48,431 nucleotides of DNA from NCBI GenBank assembly GCA_964590575.1, contig CAZPWM010000016.1, positions 1 to 48,431 of the forward strand, read 5' to 3'. A program made the translations under genes and the position numbers. The DNA is from an uncultured archaeon (GTDB lineage Archaea > Asgardarchaeota > Thorarchaeia > Thorarchaeales > Thorarchaeaceae). Below are positions 38,172-47,765 of the stretch, piece by piece. The notes below the pieces were generated by a model. That model did not search any database, was not told the DNA's origin, and saw nothing but the letters and a program-made list of their open reading frames with translations. The first letter of the stretch is position 1. Every line of letters begins with the position of its first letter.

Positions 38172-40415
38172 ATGATATCATCGTGGAGTGGAGACGCCTG
38201 GATGAGAAAATACGGTCTGAATATCACAAAGGAGCGTATTCTAACACTTTCAATAATCTCTATTGGGTATCTCCTAATTTCCGCAAATCAAGTCTTCATG
38301 AATCCTCCAGTGACTCAATCTGGACTACTTACGTATGAATATACTACACCCATAAATCAGACAGCTAATCATACTGTAATCAAAGAGTCGCTAACATCGA
38401 CAAACTGGGTGCTAATTCAAAATTTTACTCATTATAAGAACTACAACTACTTCCAGATACCCTTCCATGATTATGACCTTGTTGTGTTCAATCTAACCCT
38501 AGAACCCATCAGTGGTGAAAAGGAAGTTCAATTCAGAATATTCCTTGGTGGAGGTGATCCTGAGATTTTCCAAACAATATCAAATCGAACGACTCTTACT
38601 CTTGAGACCGATTTGGCCAATGTGAAGAGTGAACGAGCGGGCTATTGGGTTTTAGATGTAGTTCCCTCAGTGAGTCCAATAGAAGAATTCACTATTCATT
38701 GTCTTGAAGTCTGGGCTTACTCCAGTATCCCACTATGTCCAGTAACTGTCGACATACGATCAACAGATAATGCGAGTCTCTTTGACAATATTTTGCTTGA
38801 AAAATTGGCATACTTTCGTCCAGTGCTAGTACTCTCACTTGAAAACACTAGTTATACAATTGGTAAGCTCTATCCACATACTGCTAATTATTCATACTAT
38901 CTTCGCCCTACCAGGTTAGTCGGTTACGTGGAGTGGAGTTCGATAGCAGGAAGATCCGATATTGAGGTGGACATTGAGGAAAACGAGACTATCTATTGGA
39001 TAATCAATCTCGAATCAGTAAGAATCGATTTGAGTATTGATGTAGATTATCCGTTATATCGGATCAATTGCTTCACAGGTGATACGGTAATCTACGATAT
39101 GTATCTCACTCCCTCTCAGATGCCTGCATCCTTCTACATTCCTTCAATCTATATGGATTTTAGAATATCCTTGGTCAAACTTCTTGACAATAGGTATTCC
39201 AGTCTTATGGACAATCTCTTCTTGGCAGAGAGTATCTTAGATGTGAATGGAACAGCGAATATCCATATTGATGTAGCTTTCAACCATCTATTTGTATTGG
39301 GCCATTATACGATTCTTCACATCATCATCTCCGTGCTTGTGATGTCGCTATTCTTGATTGTTCTTGCGAGACTGTTTCTATATCTTCGAAGCAAATGGCC
39401 AGAATCAAAAAAACGGATAGTTATCGATTTCAGATTGTTCCCAATAGTTCTATTTTGTATTCTTGCTCTTGTTCCATGGTTCTTTTCAACCAGGGTATTC
39501 CATCCTTTTTGGACTGATGATGCTGTTCTAATACATAGCGTATCTCTAGGGCCTCTTCCTATTATGGGTATTTGGACTGAGGGAAGTCCTATCTTTCTTG
39601 CGATACCCAGTCAAGCAATTGAATGGTTCTTCTGGTCTATAATCCTATATTGGCTGCCACTCTTATGGTGCCTGCTCTTCCTTACTACTCCTAGTTACCG
39701 TGGAAATGATTTGTTGATGGGGCTTATCCTATTCGGTCCCGCAATTTTCGGTCTATTTTGGAGCACTCTTTTACCAAATATAACTGATAGTCCAACAATG
39801 TTCTCATTTGCGAATTTCTTAGCTCTCTCTATTCCGATATCATGGTTAATCGGAATCTCGTTAATTAGGAAATACTACGTATTTGGGTTAAATTTTGACA
39901 AACTCAAACGGGATGAACAAAGTTCCAAGGAATTTGAAAAGAGCCCTAAGGTTAGCGATAAATCATATACGCATGACATATTCTTTAGTTTGCAGTTCTA
40001 CTTGTTTGTTATCCTCACTTTATTTACTCCATGCCTTGTTGGTTTCTACTCTAATATTTATTCTACTGAACGTATCTTTGTTGTTAATCCCGTTCAAGTT
40101 ATTTACTACATCATTCCTGACTATGGATATCTTACATATCAGAAACTGGGAGCACTTCTTGTTGGGATTCCCTATGCCATATTTACTATTTTTGCTTTGA
40201 TCTGGGTTTGGCAATGGATGAATGAACAAAAATCGATTATCTGGATCTTCGTTGGAACAGCTATCAGTATTCTTTCAATGTCACCTGGTTTCGCTATTCT
40301 TAGTTTATACTCGGGATGGGGATGGACAATTACATGGGTGCCCATTCCAATAGTCATTGTCTTGATGTTATTGTTTTCCTTTGCTGTTTTGTTACGTGAA
40401 GAGGCTGATTCTTGA
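38172..40415 (+). CDS. Large membrane protein (extracellular beta-rich domain plus multi-TM C-terminus)
   Basis: N-terminal TM, many NxS/T sequons, about 9 C-terminal TMs. Paralog of 44713..46440 (PWFFSTR...GPLP...WT...YWLPL). Confidence 0.75.
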   Translation: MISSWSGDAWMRKYGLNITKERILTLSIISIGYLLISANQVFMNPPVTQSGLLTYEYTTPINQTANHTVIKESLTSTNWVLIQNFTHYKNYNYFQIPFHDYDLVVFNLTLEPISGEKEVQFRIFLGGGDPEIFQTISNRTTLTLETDLANVKSERAGYWVLDVVPSVSPIEEFTIHCLEVWAYSSIPLCPVTVDIRSTDNASLFDNILLEKLAYFRPVLVLSLENTSYTIGKLYPHTANYSYYLRPTRLVGYVEWSSIAGRSDIEVDIEENETIYWIINLESVRIDLSIDVDYPLYRINCFTGDTVIYDMYLTPSQMPASFYIPSIYMDFRISLVKLLDNRYSSLMDNLFLAESILDVNGTANIHIDVAFNHLFVLGHYTILHIIISVLVMSLFLIVLARLFLYLRSKWPESKKRIVIDFRLFPIVLFCILALVPWFFSTRVFHPFWTDDAVLIHSVSLGPLPIMGIWTEGSPIFLAIPSQAIEWFFWSIILYWLPLLWCLLFLTTPSYRGNDLLMGLILFGPAIFGLFWSTLLPNITDSPTMFSFANFLALSIPISWLIGISLIRKYYVFGLNFDKLKRDEQSSKEFEKSPKVSDKSYTHDIFFSLQFYLFVILTLFTPCLVGFYSNIYSTERIFVVNPVQVIYYIIPDYGYLTYQKLGALLVGIPYAIFTIFALIWVWQWMNEQKSIIWIFVGTAISILSMSPGFAILSLYSGWGWTITWVPIPIVIVLMLLFSFAVLLREEADS

Positions 40416-40612
40416 TATTTCACTCATGCTCGATTGGTTATGCCAAATAAACCTAATATCCAGCAGCTCAGATAGATAGGAAATAATGTACTCCCTATGT
40501 CCTGCCTAGTAGTAACTCTAGCTATCAAATATACTAACTATACCACTAAAATCACAAAAGTCAATGGATCTATCAAAGTCTTAATGAATTCCTGAAACAA
40601 TAGGTGACGTAA

Positions 40613-41269
40613 TTATGATTGGACACTAATAATCTCCAAGAGATCCGATAAAGATGTAATCAATTGCTCCTTATGCCCTGCATTTCTAAAATCCTGCTCA
40701 CTGAACAGACCAACACGACCAATGAAATCACAGATGCCTCGTGCTCGTTCATAATCTTTCAAGGAATCCCCAATAAACACCATGTCATAGAAACTCAAAT
40801 TGTACTTTTCATGAATATAGTTGAAGTGGTGAACTCCCTTTTCAAATCCTGGTCTGTAACCCAAGATGCTTTTGAAAAGCCCTTTGATTTCCCGTCGCTC
40901 GAAGTACTCCTCTATAATGGGTTGAAAAGTGGATGAAGATACGAAGATATCAAGACCCATCTCCTTGAGCCTTTTGACAACGCCTACGGTATCTGGAAAG
41001 AGATCTTGTTCAAAGATTCGTTCTATCTTCAGTTGTTCAAACTCTGCAATTGCAGCTTCGTTTCTTAGGTCATCTGGAAAATTCATTTTTATCTGGTGTT
41101 CGTATGGTAACCCAGTAGTAGTCACATAGCGTTTAGTTGCATCTTCCTTCGAAACCCCAAAATGCTTCATCATTATTTCGACGCCGATACTCTGCAGGAA
41201 TGGCATACTATCAGCAAGTGTGCCATCGAAATCGAAAATGACTGCACGACAGGGTATCTTATCCGCCAT
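40613..41269 (-). CDS. HAD family hydrolase
   Basis: IFDFDGTLADS, VSSS, K, FIGDSLKD. Confidence 0.9.
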   Translation of the reverse strand: MADKIPCRAVIFDFDGTLADSMPFLQSIGVEIMMKHFGVSKEDATKRYVTTTGLPYEHQIKMNFPDDLRNEAAIAEFEQLKIERIFEQDLFPDTVGVVKRLKEMGLDIFVSSSTFQPIIEEYFERREIKGLFKSILGYRPGFEKGVHHFNYIHEKYNLSFYDMVFIGDSLKDYERARGICDFIGRVGLFSEQDFRNAGHKEQLITSLSDLLEIISVQS

Positions 41270-41326
41270 TTGACCAACTCGAGAATTAGTAGGTTTTGAA
41301 CACTCTTTAGACGCTTTTGGTGTGGA

Positions 41327-41854
41327 TTAAGAGTGAGTCCCGCTTTTGTAATCATCCATACATCGTTTTATCGTCTGATATGCATCATTCAGTTCCCGAA
41401 ACTTCTTGATCTCCGTAAGACCCCCTTCTTGAATCTTGTAGGTTGCATAGAAGTGTTTTAGTTCATCCATCTGGCTCTGTGGGAGGTCGATGATTGTTTT
41501 CGCATCTCTATAGTAAGGTTCCTTCATCGGGACCGCGATTATCTTGTCATCGATTTTTCCTGCATCATCCATCTCCATGATGCCTATCGGTCTCGCATGA
41601 ACCACACAGGACGTGAAAGTTGGTTCGTTGATAAGTAGAATGACATCCAGAGGGTCACCATCATGGTCCAGTGTCTGAGGGATGAATCCATAATCGAAGG
41701 GAGCGAAGGTATAGAGAACCCTATCCAGCTTGAAAAGATTGAGTTCTGAATCATACTCATACTTATTCTTACTAGCTTTTGTGAGTTCAACAATAACATA
41801 GATCTCGCTTGGTGGATTTGGACCTGGGGGAATGTCGTGCAGATAGTTCGTCAT
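41327..41854 (-). CDS. ppa: Inorganic pyrophosphatase (family I)
   Basis: KYE, LDR, YGFIPQT, DGDPLDV, DDKIIAV. Confidence 0.95.
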   Translation of the reverse strand: MTNYLHDIPPGPNPPSEIYVIVELTKASKNKYEYDSELNLFKLDRVLYTFAPFDYGFIPQTLDHDGDPLDVILLINEPTFTSCVVHARPIGIMEMDDAGKIDDKIIAVPMKEPYYRDAKTIIDLPQSQMDELKHFYATYKIQEGGLTEIKKFRELNDAYQTIKRCMDDYKSGTHS

Positions 41855-41944
41855 TATATCAACGCCATTTACTCTCACATATAGTTCTTATTGAGCTTTC
41901 TCACTTAAGACAACAAGTCTTTATGAGGTCTCATAATTCACTAT

Positions 41945-42511
41945 ATGTGCACGCGATCGGAGGGAACTATTCTGTCTGATGAAGAACTTCTTGACGTTGG
42001 ATCTATGTTTAGAGGGACCGCGACAATTACGCTTGTTGCTGAGATTGTTTCTGCAATAATGATACTTGGTTCTGCAACAGCATACATTCTCAGAGATTAC
42101 GTTTCAATCATTGAGCTGGATATAGCAATCTTCTTGCTGTTAATCGGTGCAATGCTTACTCTCTTCATATTCTTAGGTGCGATTGGTTTCTTTGTCAGGT
42201 TCAACCGCCGCATAGGTCGAATTGTGATTGCTGAGGGTGTGGGTGAGGTTGACCTTAATCGACCTGGTGTAAAGACTGTAGTCATCATCTATGGATTGGC
42301 TGTTGGTTTCATTCTGATATTGGGCATTTACGGTTACTTCCTACTATGGACATACTTCCTTGCCGCACAAGCCGCCACATCACTTAGTTTCTTTGGAATG
42401 TCATTGTCTGTGGGCATCTTCTTCATTGCCCTATTGGTCCAAATCGTAATTACAGTCATTGGCAGAACTGCTACAACAATCATCAGGAAAGTCCTAGCTG
42501 AAGACAACTAG
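41945..42511 (+). CDS. Four-TM membrane protein (possible CTG start at 41972)
   Basis: Four hydrophobic helices; GGAGG at 41959-41963 precedes in-frame CTG. Confidence 0.75.
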   Translation: MCTRSEGTILSDEELLDVGSMFRGTATITLVAEIVSAIMILGSATAYILRDYVSIIELDIAIFLLLIGAMLTLFIFLGAIGFFVRFNRRIGRIVIAEGVGEVDLNRPGVKTVVIIYGLAVGFILILGIYGYFLLWTYFLAAQAATSLSFFGMSLSVGIFFIALLVQIVITVIGRTATTIIRKVLAEDN

Positions 42512-42578
42512 TTGAAGTGCATCCAAAGGGGAGAAGTTTAATTGCTGGTCTGGTTGTGCCAATAAAGCCGGAGACAGA

Positions 42579-43745
42579 ATGATGAAGCTCAAGATTTGGC
42601 AGATGGTTTATCTCATTGGATTCATAATTATCGTTGGCCTCCTCTTACTACAGTTAGTAGGCTTACATTTGGGAGAATATCCCCTTGCCATTGCCGAACT
42701 GTTTGGCGGAATCTTACTGATTGGTGGTGCCTGTGAAGCATTTGTCATTTCAGTTGAGGGTATTGCACATAACTACAAGATGACTGACTATGTGTCTGGT
42801 ATCTATGCAAGTCTTGCAAGTACTATCCCGGAGCTCTCGGTAATTGCTTTTCTTTTACTTGGAGGAAAATATGAATTAGCCTGGGTCCTTGCGCTCGCAA
42901 CTATTTTCATGAACTCGCTTGTATTTGCAGTATATACTCTAATCTTGCCAAAGGATGAAAACGGGAACTACAGGCTTCCTGATGCTATAAACTGGGTTGG
43001 TAGTGAACTGCTCAGCATGGGTGCTGTAATCAGCCTCTCGGTGGGCCTCTCAATGTTGATGGTCTTCGTGTTCGCTATTGAGAATCCATTACTGCCGAGA
43101 CATCTTGAAGCGGGAGAGCTATTTGTTTTTGGAGGGGCGCTTCTAGGAGTTTTCATTGCATATCTATACTGGATAACAAAGTATTATGGAAAAGTAGATG
43201 CTGAGAAGGATACTAAACTTGAGGGTCGTATTCAGAAACATCCCATGACCAGAAAGAAACTCGTGGTCTACATCATTTTTGCTTCCCTTGGAGCACTCCT
43301 TGGAGGCGAAGCACTCTCAGGGTTCGCGCATTTTGCTACAGAAACATTGCACCTTTCTTTTATCCATGCAGCCCTGTTGCTAGTGATATTTGGCGGAACC
43401 CCTGAGTATATCATTGTGGCAAGCAGCCACAGAAAAGACCAGTTAGAAGTTGCACTATCTAATGCATTTGGAGGTATTGTGCAGGTCTTTTTTGTGATCT
43501 TTGGATTCACATTAGTAGCTGCTGGGGTCTCATCCACATTAGCTGGAGTTACTCAAGTAATTCCAATAGACCTCTTCTCAGTGGTCTTACTTTTCTTTGC
43601 ATTTCCTTCGATGTTCATCCTTCGTGTAATAATAACTGACGACTCAAGTGTGAATGCCTTAGAATCGATATCGATGATTGCAGTCTTCATCATGATGCTC
43701 TACATTCTTCTAATGTGGGGGATCTATCCTATCCCAACTGGTTGA
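42579..43745 (+). CDS. Ca2+/cation antiporter (CaCA/NCX superfamily)
   Basis: Two alpha-repeats: ASLASTIPEL and GGTPEY; 10-11 TMs. Confidence 0.82.
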   Translation: MMKLKIWQMVYLIGFIIIVGLLLLQLVGLHLGEYPLAIAELFGGILLIGGACEAFVISVEGIAHNYKMTDYVSGIYASLASTIPELSVIAFLLLGGKYELAWVLALATIFMNSLVFAVYTLILPKDENGNYRLPDAINWVGSELLSMGAVISLSVGLSMLMVFVFAIENPLLPRHLEAGELFVFGGALLGVFIAYLYWITKYYGKVDAEKDTKLEGRIQKHPMTRKKLVVYIIFASLGALLGGEALSGFAHFATETLHLSFIHAALLLVIFGGTPEYIIVASSHRKDQLEVALSNAFGGIVQVFFVIFGFTLVAAGVSSTLAGVTQVIPIDLFSVVLLFFAFPSMFILRVIITDDSSVNALESISMIAVFIMMLYILLMWGIYPIPTG

Positions 43746-43787
43746 AGGGAGTGAGCTCTTGCCTTCAACATTCTCTCTTCGACCTGC

Positions 43788-44024
43788 TCAATAGTGACGA
43801 TACTCACCTAAAGTCTGAACCTTAATGATGCACTCAATGCTAACGAATTCATCGGCATCCTCAGTGTCACCGTGCTTTAGACCGACGATGTCCTCACCAA
43901 CAAATGCTACGCGTCCTTCAGCAATGATCATCATTCCTGGTCCATAGAATCTTATCCGATCTCCCGACTTGGCGGCATCAAGTAAAACACTCCGCAGGGT
44001 CGCATCCTTCACGAAATCCGACAT
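43788..44024 (-). CDS. Small hypothetical protein (possible Sm/SH3-like beta barrel)
   Basis: Helix then beta strands: RIRFY, IAEGRVAFVGEDIVGL, EFVSIECIIKV. Confidence 0.6.
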   Translation of the reverse strand: MSDFVKDATLRSVLLDAAKSGDRIRFYGPGMMIIAEGRVAFVGEDIVGLKHGDTEDADEFVSIECIIKVQTLGEYRHY

Positions 44025-44160
44025 GTTAGAGAATATATACTTCTTCTGACTTAAGGATTAGCAATGCTGTTTGAATTTCTATAACCCTAAAAAAACGCCA
44101 TGTCAACACTCTCTTAACTTATCAAAACAATCCATACGGGGGTTTCATGGAGTTGATTCA

Positions 44161-44436
44161 ATGAAGTATATCATGTTCTGGGAATACGATCCTGCAGATC
44201 ATAATGTCGTGATGGACAAGTTGAAGGAGTTCCGAGGCATCGTTAAAAAGAATCCTAACCAACATGCAAAGTTCATCTCGAAGAACTATGCGATGGTTGA
44301 TGGACCTGAGGGCTTTCAGCTTGTGGAGACTGAGAATCCTGAACACCTTGTCAAGATTACCCGGCATTACCTTCCAGAAGTCAGTTTTAGATTCGCACCT
44401 ATTGTTGAACTTGAAAAAGTCGACCAGAAGGTCTAA
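44161..44436 (+). CDS. DUF3303-like small protein
   Basis: MKYIMFWE...GFQLVETENPEHL...FRFAPIVE. Start placed at ATG 44161. Confidence 0.7.
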   Translation: MKYIMFWEYDPADHNVVMDKLKEFRGIVKKNPNQHAKFISKNYAMVDGPEGFQLVETENPEHLVKITRHYLPEVSFRFAPIVELEKVDQKV

Positions 44437-44458
44437 TAATCAAAAGTGTTGCATATAC

Positions 44459-44654
44459 GAAAAGAGGAAAGCGGTGCATCCCCATAGGAGATGCTCCGAC
44501 TCTCGACATTAAATGATTCCTTCTTGCTTTCCGACCCCTCATAGGCCGCTAGTGCAATGTCTAGCTGCTCCTTGGTCAGACCTGAGTTCATCATGTTTCG
44601 GATTCTGGCCTTGTCACGTGCTACCATCGGGAACACAATGGATGATGCGAGGAT
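44459..44654 (-). pseudogene. Relic 1 of the kbl-type gene 3' end plus terminator
   Basis: 44509-44654 matches 47766-47912: IVFPMVARDKARIRNMMNSGLTKEQLDIALAAYE-(1-nt deletion)-VGKQEGII*. Hairpin 44472-44498 and pyrimidine tail on the minus strand. Confidence 0.92.
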
Positions 44655-44712
44655 TATTTTTGAATCTAAATATCTATAACTCTTCATATTCGAGTTTGTG
44701 TTGTGATGGGCG

Positions 44713-46440
44713 ATGAATAGAGGAGAGCTTCTTTCGAAACTAGAGAAGTCAAAATTCGATCTCGCACTATTAATCATTGTTTTTCTTCTGATATTTTCAA
44801 GTCAGATTCTTACTACACAACTGCTCCGTGGTTATGGTACAATTATAGTTACAGATGGTGCTGCAATTCCACAGGAGAGTAACTACACAATATCAACAGA
44901 ATTTAGTACATCAGTTACAACCGCAGTGGTGTTCAATTATACTCTGGATAAGTACTCTGGAGTATCTTTCAATGTGATTACAGATAATGTTAGTAGATTT
45001 TGCTTCAATATAACACTACAATCTACCCAGAACAATACAGATGTTAATGTATTAGTTGGTCTAGGTTACAGAGAAACATTCGACATTATGGTTGGAACAA
45101 CCCCCACTATTGTTTCGCTTGAGCTAAATATGACCGCTGTTCATTCGAATCCTGGGAATTGGATCCAGCCATGTCGTGTTCTCTTCACGACTGATGTTCC
45201 ACTCGAATTCAAGAATGTCCTTTTATGGGCTGAATTTGATACTCCTGTTTCTCCTGTTATCTTGAATTGGCAGTCGACAGATGGAAACCCCTTATTTGCC
45301 AATCCTTACACATCACAGCTAGGTACATTCAGACCTGAACTCGGAATAAAACGTCAGAATGATAGTTTTTATGATAGTTTTGATGCATTCTTTCAGAATC
45401 GCACATTATACCTACGACCACAGAATTATAGTATGAGAGCTACCTGGGGAGGTGATATTTCTTCTATTCCTGAATTCTATCTATCCATCACTGAGAATTC
45501 TTCGACAATCTGTACCTTGAGAATGAAAGCTGTGAGATTATCCTTCTCAATTGATCAGAAGATACCTTTGATCCATCTGCAGATTATGACTCGGGATTTT
45601 CCTTCCTATTATATCTATAATCTTTACTTTCAAGATTCAGAAAAACCAGAATTCTTGTTTATTCCTCCCATTTATGATGGTATATCGATATGGTTCGATT
45701 CAATGGATCCGCTTTCAAGTAATTTGAGATGGTACGCGGATTGTGGGGCACTTAAAAGCATTCCAGCAAATGGTACATATCATCAGAATATCAAAATCCA
45801 GATGCCTTACTGGTACTTCTTTGGATTTATTGTCACTCAGCTAGATTTCATCCACTTGTCAGTAGCGATGATTCTGTTTTCACTTGTTATTATCAGGACT
45901 TATATCTATCTCAGTCAAAAGAAACCTAGAGGTTCTTGGCGAAACCCTCATTTCATTCCGGCAATCATCTTAGGCTTAACTACCTTCATGCCTTGGTTTT
46001 ATAGCATCCGTGAAACGGTGAATGTTTTCGATACAACAATCCATGTTGCAGCATTTGGTACCTTTCCACTTGTCACGAGCTGGACTGATTCAGGAATTGT
46101 CTTCTTAGACATACCTCCTAGCGGAATCTACTGGGCAATCTTGTCTTTGTTCATGTTCTGGTTTCCATTGATTTGCTTCATATATGGAGCGACTCCTACC
46201 AGGGATTATGAAAAGGAAGCATCAATACTTTTGTTCCTACCATATCTATACCTAATCGCTCTAGAGATTGGACTTGGTAAGCTTTACACGTTTGCATTTG
46301 ACCAAAATTCAGTCATCCCAGTTCTATCCCTATTGATTCCATCACTTACAGTCTCTTACTTAATCCTGAAAGAGTTGATGGATTACGTGAAAAAAGAAAA
46401 AGTGGTGGGCACCTCACAAGACGGTGCTCCACGGCAGTAA
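44713..46440 (+). CDS. Large membrane protein, paralog of 38172..40415 (shorter C-terminus)
   Basis: Shared motifs (SPVILNWQSTDG vs CPVTVDIRSTDN; YLRP; PWFYSIR; GTFP..WT; FWFPL). Confidence 0.78.
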   Translation: MNRGELLSKLEKSKFDLALLIIVFLLIFSSQILTTQLLRGYGTIIVTDGAAIPQESNYTISTEFSTSVTTAVVFNYTLDKYSGVSFNVITDNVSRFCFNITLQSTQNNTDVNVLVGLGYRETFDIMVGTTPTIVSLELNMTAVHSNPGNWIQPCRVLFTTDVPLEFKNVLLWAEFDTPVSPVILNWQSTDGNPLFANPYTSQLGTFRPELGIKRQNDSFYDSFDAFFQNRTLYLRPQNYSMRATWGGDISSIPEFYLSITENSSTICTLRMKAVRLSFSIDQKIPLIHLQIMTRDFPSYYIYNLYFQDSEKPEFLFIPPIYDGISIWFDSMDPLSSNLRWYADCGALKSIPANGTYHQNIKIQMPYWYFFGFIVTQLDFIHLSVAMILFSLVIIRTYIYLSQKKPRGSWRNPHFIPAIILGLTTFMPWFYSIRETVNVFDTTIHVAAFGTFPLVTSWTDSGIVFLDIPPSGIYWAILSLFMFWFPLICFIYGATPTRDYEKEASILLFLPYLYLIALEIGLGKLYTFAFDQNSVIPVLSLLIPSLTVSYLILKELMDYVKKEKVVGTSQDGAPRQ

Positions 46441-46540
46441 TTTATATGATTTTGATTCGTTTTCCAACCTTCTCATAGGCAGCCAGAGCAATGTCTAGCA
46501 GCTCCTTGGTCAGACTAGAGTTCATCCTGTTTCTGATTCT
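46390..46540 (-). pseudogene. Relic 2 of the kbl-type gene 3' end plus terminator
   Basis: 46442-46540 reads RIRNRMNSSLTKELLDIALAAYEKVGKRIKII*. Hairpin ~46402-46432, shared CAGTAAT spacer and T-rich tail. Confidence 0.9.
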
Positions 46541-46656
46541 AGTGAAAGGGCTTCCTACGGATTTGTTATCATAGTCTAGAATATGTATTGCACTGCCATT
46601 TCTTGCGCGAATCTAAATCTCTTTTTATTGATACTAGTTTGACAAGTTGGGTGGAA

Positions 46657-47580
46657 ATGACGCACAGGGAAAGTGGGTCGCTATTAAGCATATTTCTGGT
46701 TATCACGATCGTTGTAGCTCTATCGTATATACCATCTGTTTCCGCTACTGGAACTTCTCAGGATACACGAGATGGATGGGCTGCCATAATGGAGATCAAC
46801 TATTATCCAGAGGGCTGGACAGACATACCCACCAATTATAATGACACACAAAGGTGGGTGGACACACTAAAAACTCTTGGTTGGCAAGAGAGTCATATAC
46901 TGATTGTGAATGAAGCATTTGATCTGGCACAAGTAGTAGAGGCTATTCAATTTCTCATCGATAATACTGACGAGAACGATATTGCACTCCTGTTCATGGC
47001 TGCTCATGGAATGTGGCTGAATAATACAATTGCCCAAAATGATACATTTGTAGACACATGGGAAGAAATCCCTAGTCAGAACAAATTGCTATATATCGAT
47101 TCATGTATAGCTGGAAGATTCACAGAACTGGTTGCGGATGATCCTAATCCTGAGATTGCTATCTCGGCTGTTGGTGCAAATGAATACTCTTGGGCTGGTC
47201 TTGAGGAGGAAGGACTTCCCATAATAGGATCTGTATGGAACTACTTCTTCACAAATGCATTACTCAATATCTCTGCTGATACAGATTCAAATGGTGATGT
47301 GAGTGTAGAGGAAGCGTATGATTTTGCATACCCCCCCACACGCGCATATTATGAAGATTATGTATATCCCTATTCCTCTGAAATAAAACAATTGAACAAC
47401 TTTGTAGCACCTACCCCAGGAATGGACGACAACTACGAAGGAGAGCTTTCACTTCGATTAGAAAGCGCTGCACCGCTTACTGAACCGGTAATGGGCTTTG
47501 ATCTGGGATTTGTAGCTATTCTAGCATTTGCGGGGGTAGTGGTTGTTCTTATTGCAGTTGTTTTAGCAAAGAAACGATGA
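46657..47580 (+). CDS. Surface-anchored caspase-like (clan CD) cysteine peptidase
   Basis: Signal peptide, LLFMAAHG and YIDSCIAG His/Cys dyad, ADTDSNGDVSVEEAY, C-terminal TM followed by KKR. Confidence 0.78.
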   Translation: MTHRESGSLLSIFLVITIVVALSYIPSVSATGTSQDTRDGWAAIMEINYYPEGWTDIPTNYNDTQRWVDTLKTLGWQESHILIVNEAFDLAQVVEAIQFLIDNTDENDIALLFMAAHGMWLNNTIAQNDTFVDTWEEIPSQNKLLYIDSCIAGRFTELVADDPNPEIAISAVGANEYSWAGLEEEGLPIIGSVWNYFFTNALLNISADTDSNGDVSVEEAYDFAYPPTRAYYEDYVYPYSSEIKQLNNFVAPTPGMDDNYEGELSLRLESAAPLTEPVMGFDLGFVAILAFAGVVVVLIAVVLAKKR

Positions 47581-47717
47581 CATCTCTTCTAGATTTAATA
47601 GTTCAGATTAGCTATCTTTGATTAGTTTGAAACCATAACTATACGATGAGCCGTCGCCCCAATACCAGCTAGTGTACTGGTATAGACTCCTTACTGCTAC
47701 TTACTAATTTAAAGGGT

Positions 47718-47753
47718 AAAAACGAGAAGAGGACATCTCGATTTGAGATGTCC
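47718..47753 (-). terminator. Terminator hairpin of the kbl-type gene
   Basis: Perfect stem GGACATCTC-GATTT-GAGATGTCC (47731-47753) followed on the minus strand by TCTTCTCGTTTTT. Confidence 0.7.
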
Positions 47754-47765
47754 AACAGTAATCTT

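Noticed and set aside
44433-44777. 114-aa minus-strand ORF containing kbl-like sequence
   Set aside because: Only its middle is the kbl relic. It opens by chance upstream and frameshifts past the original stop, so it is treated as a pseudogene fragment rather than a gene.
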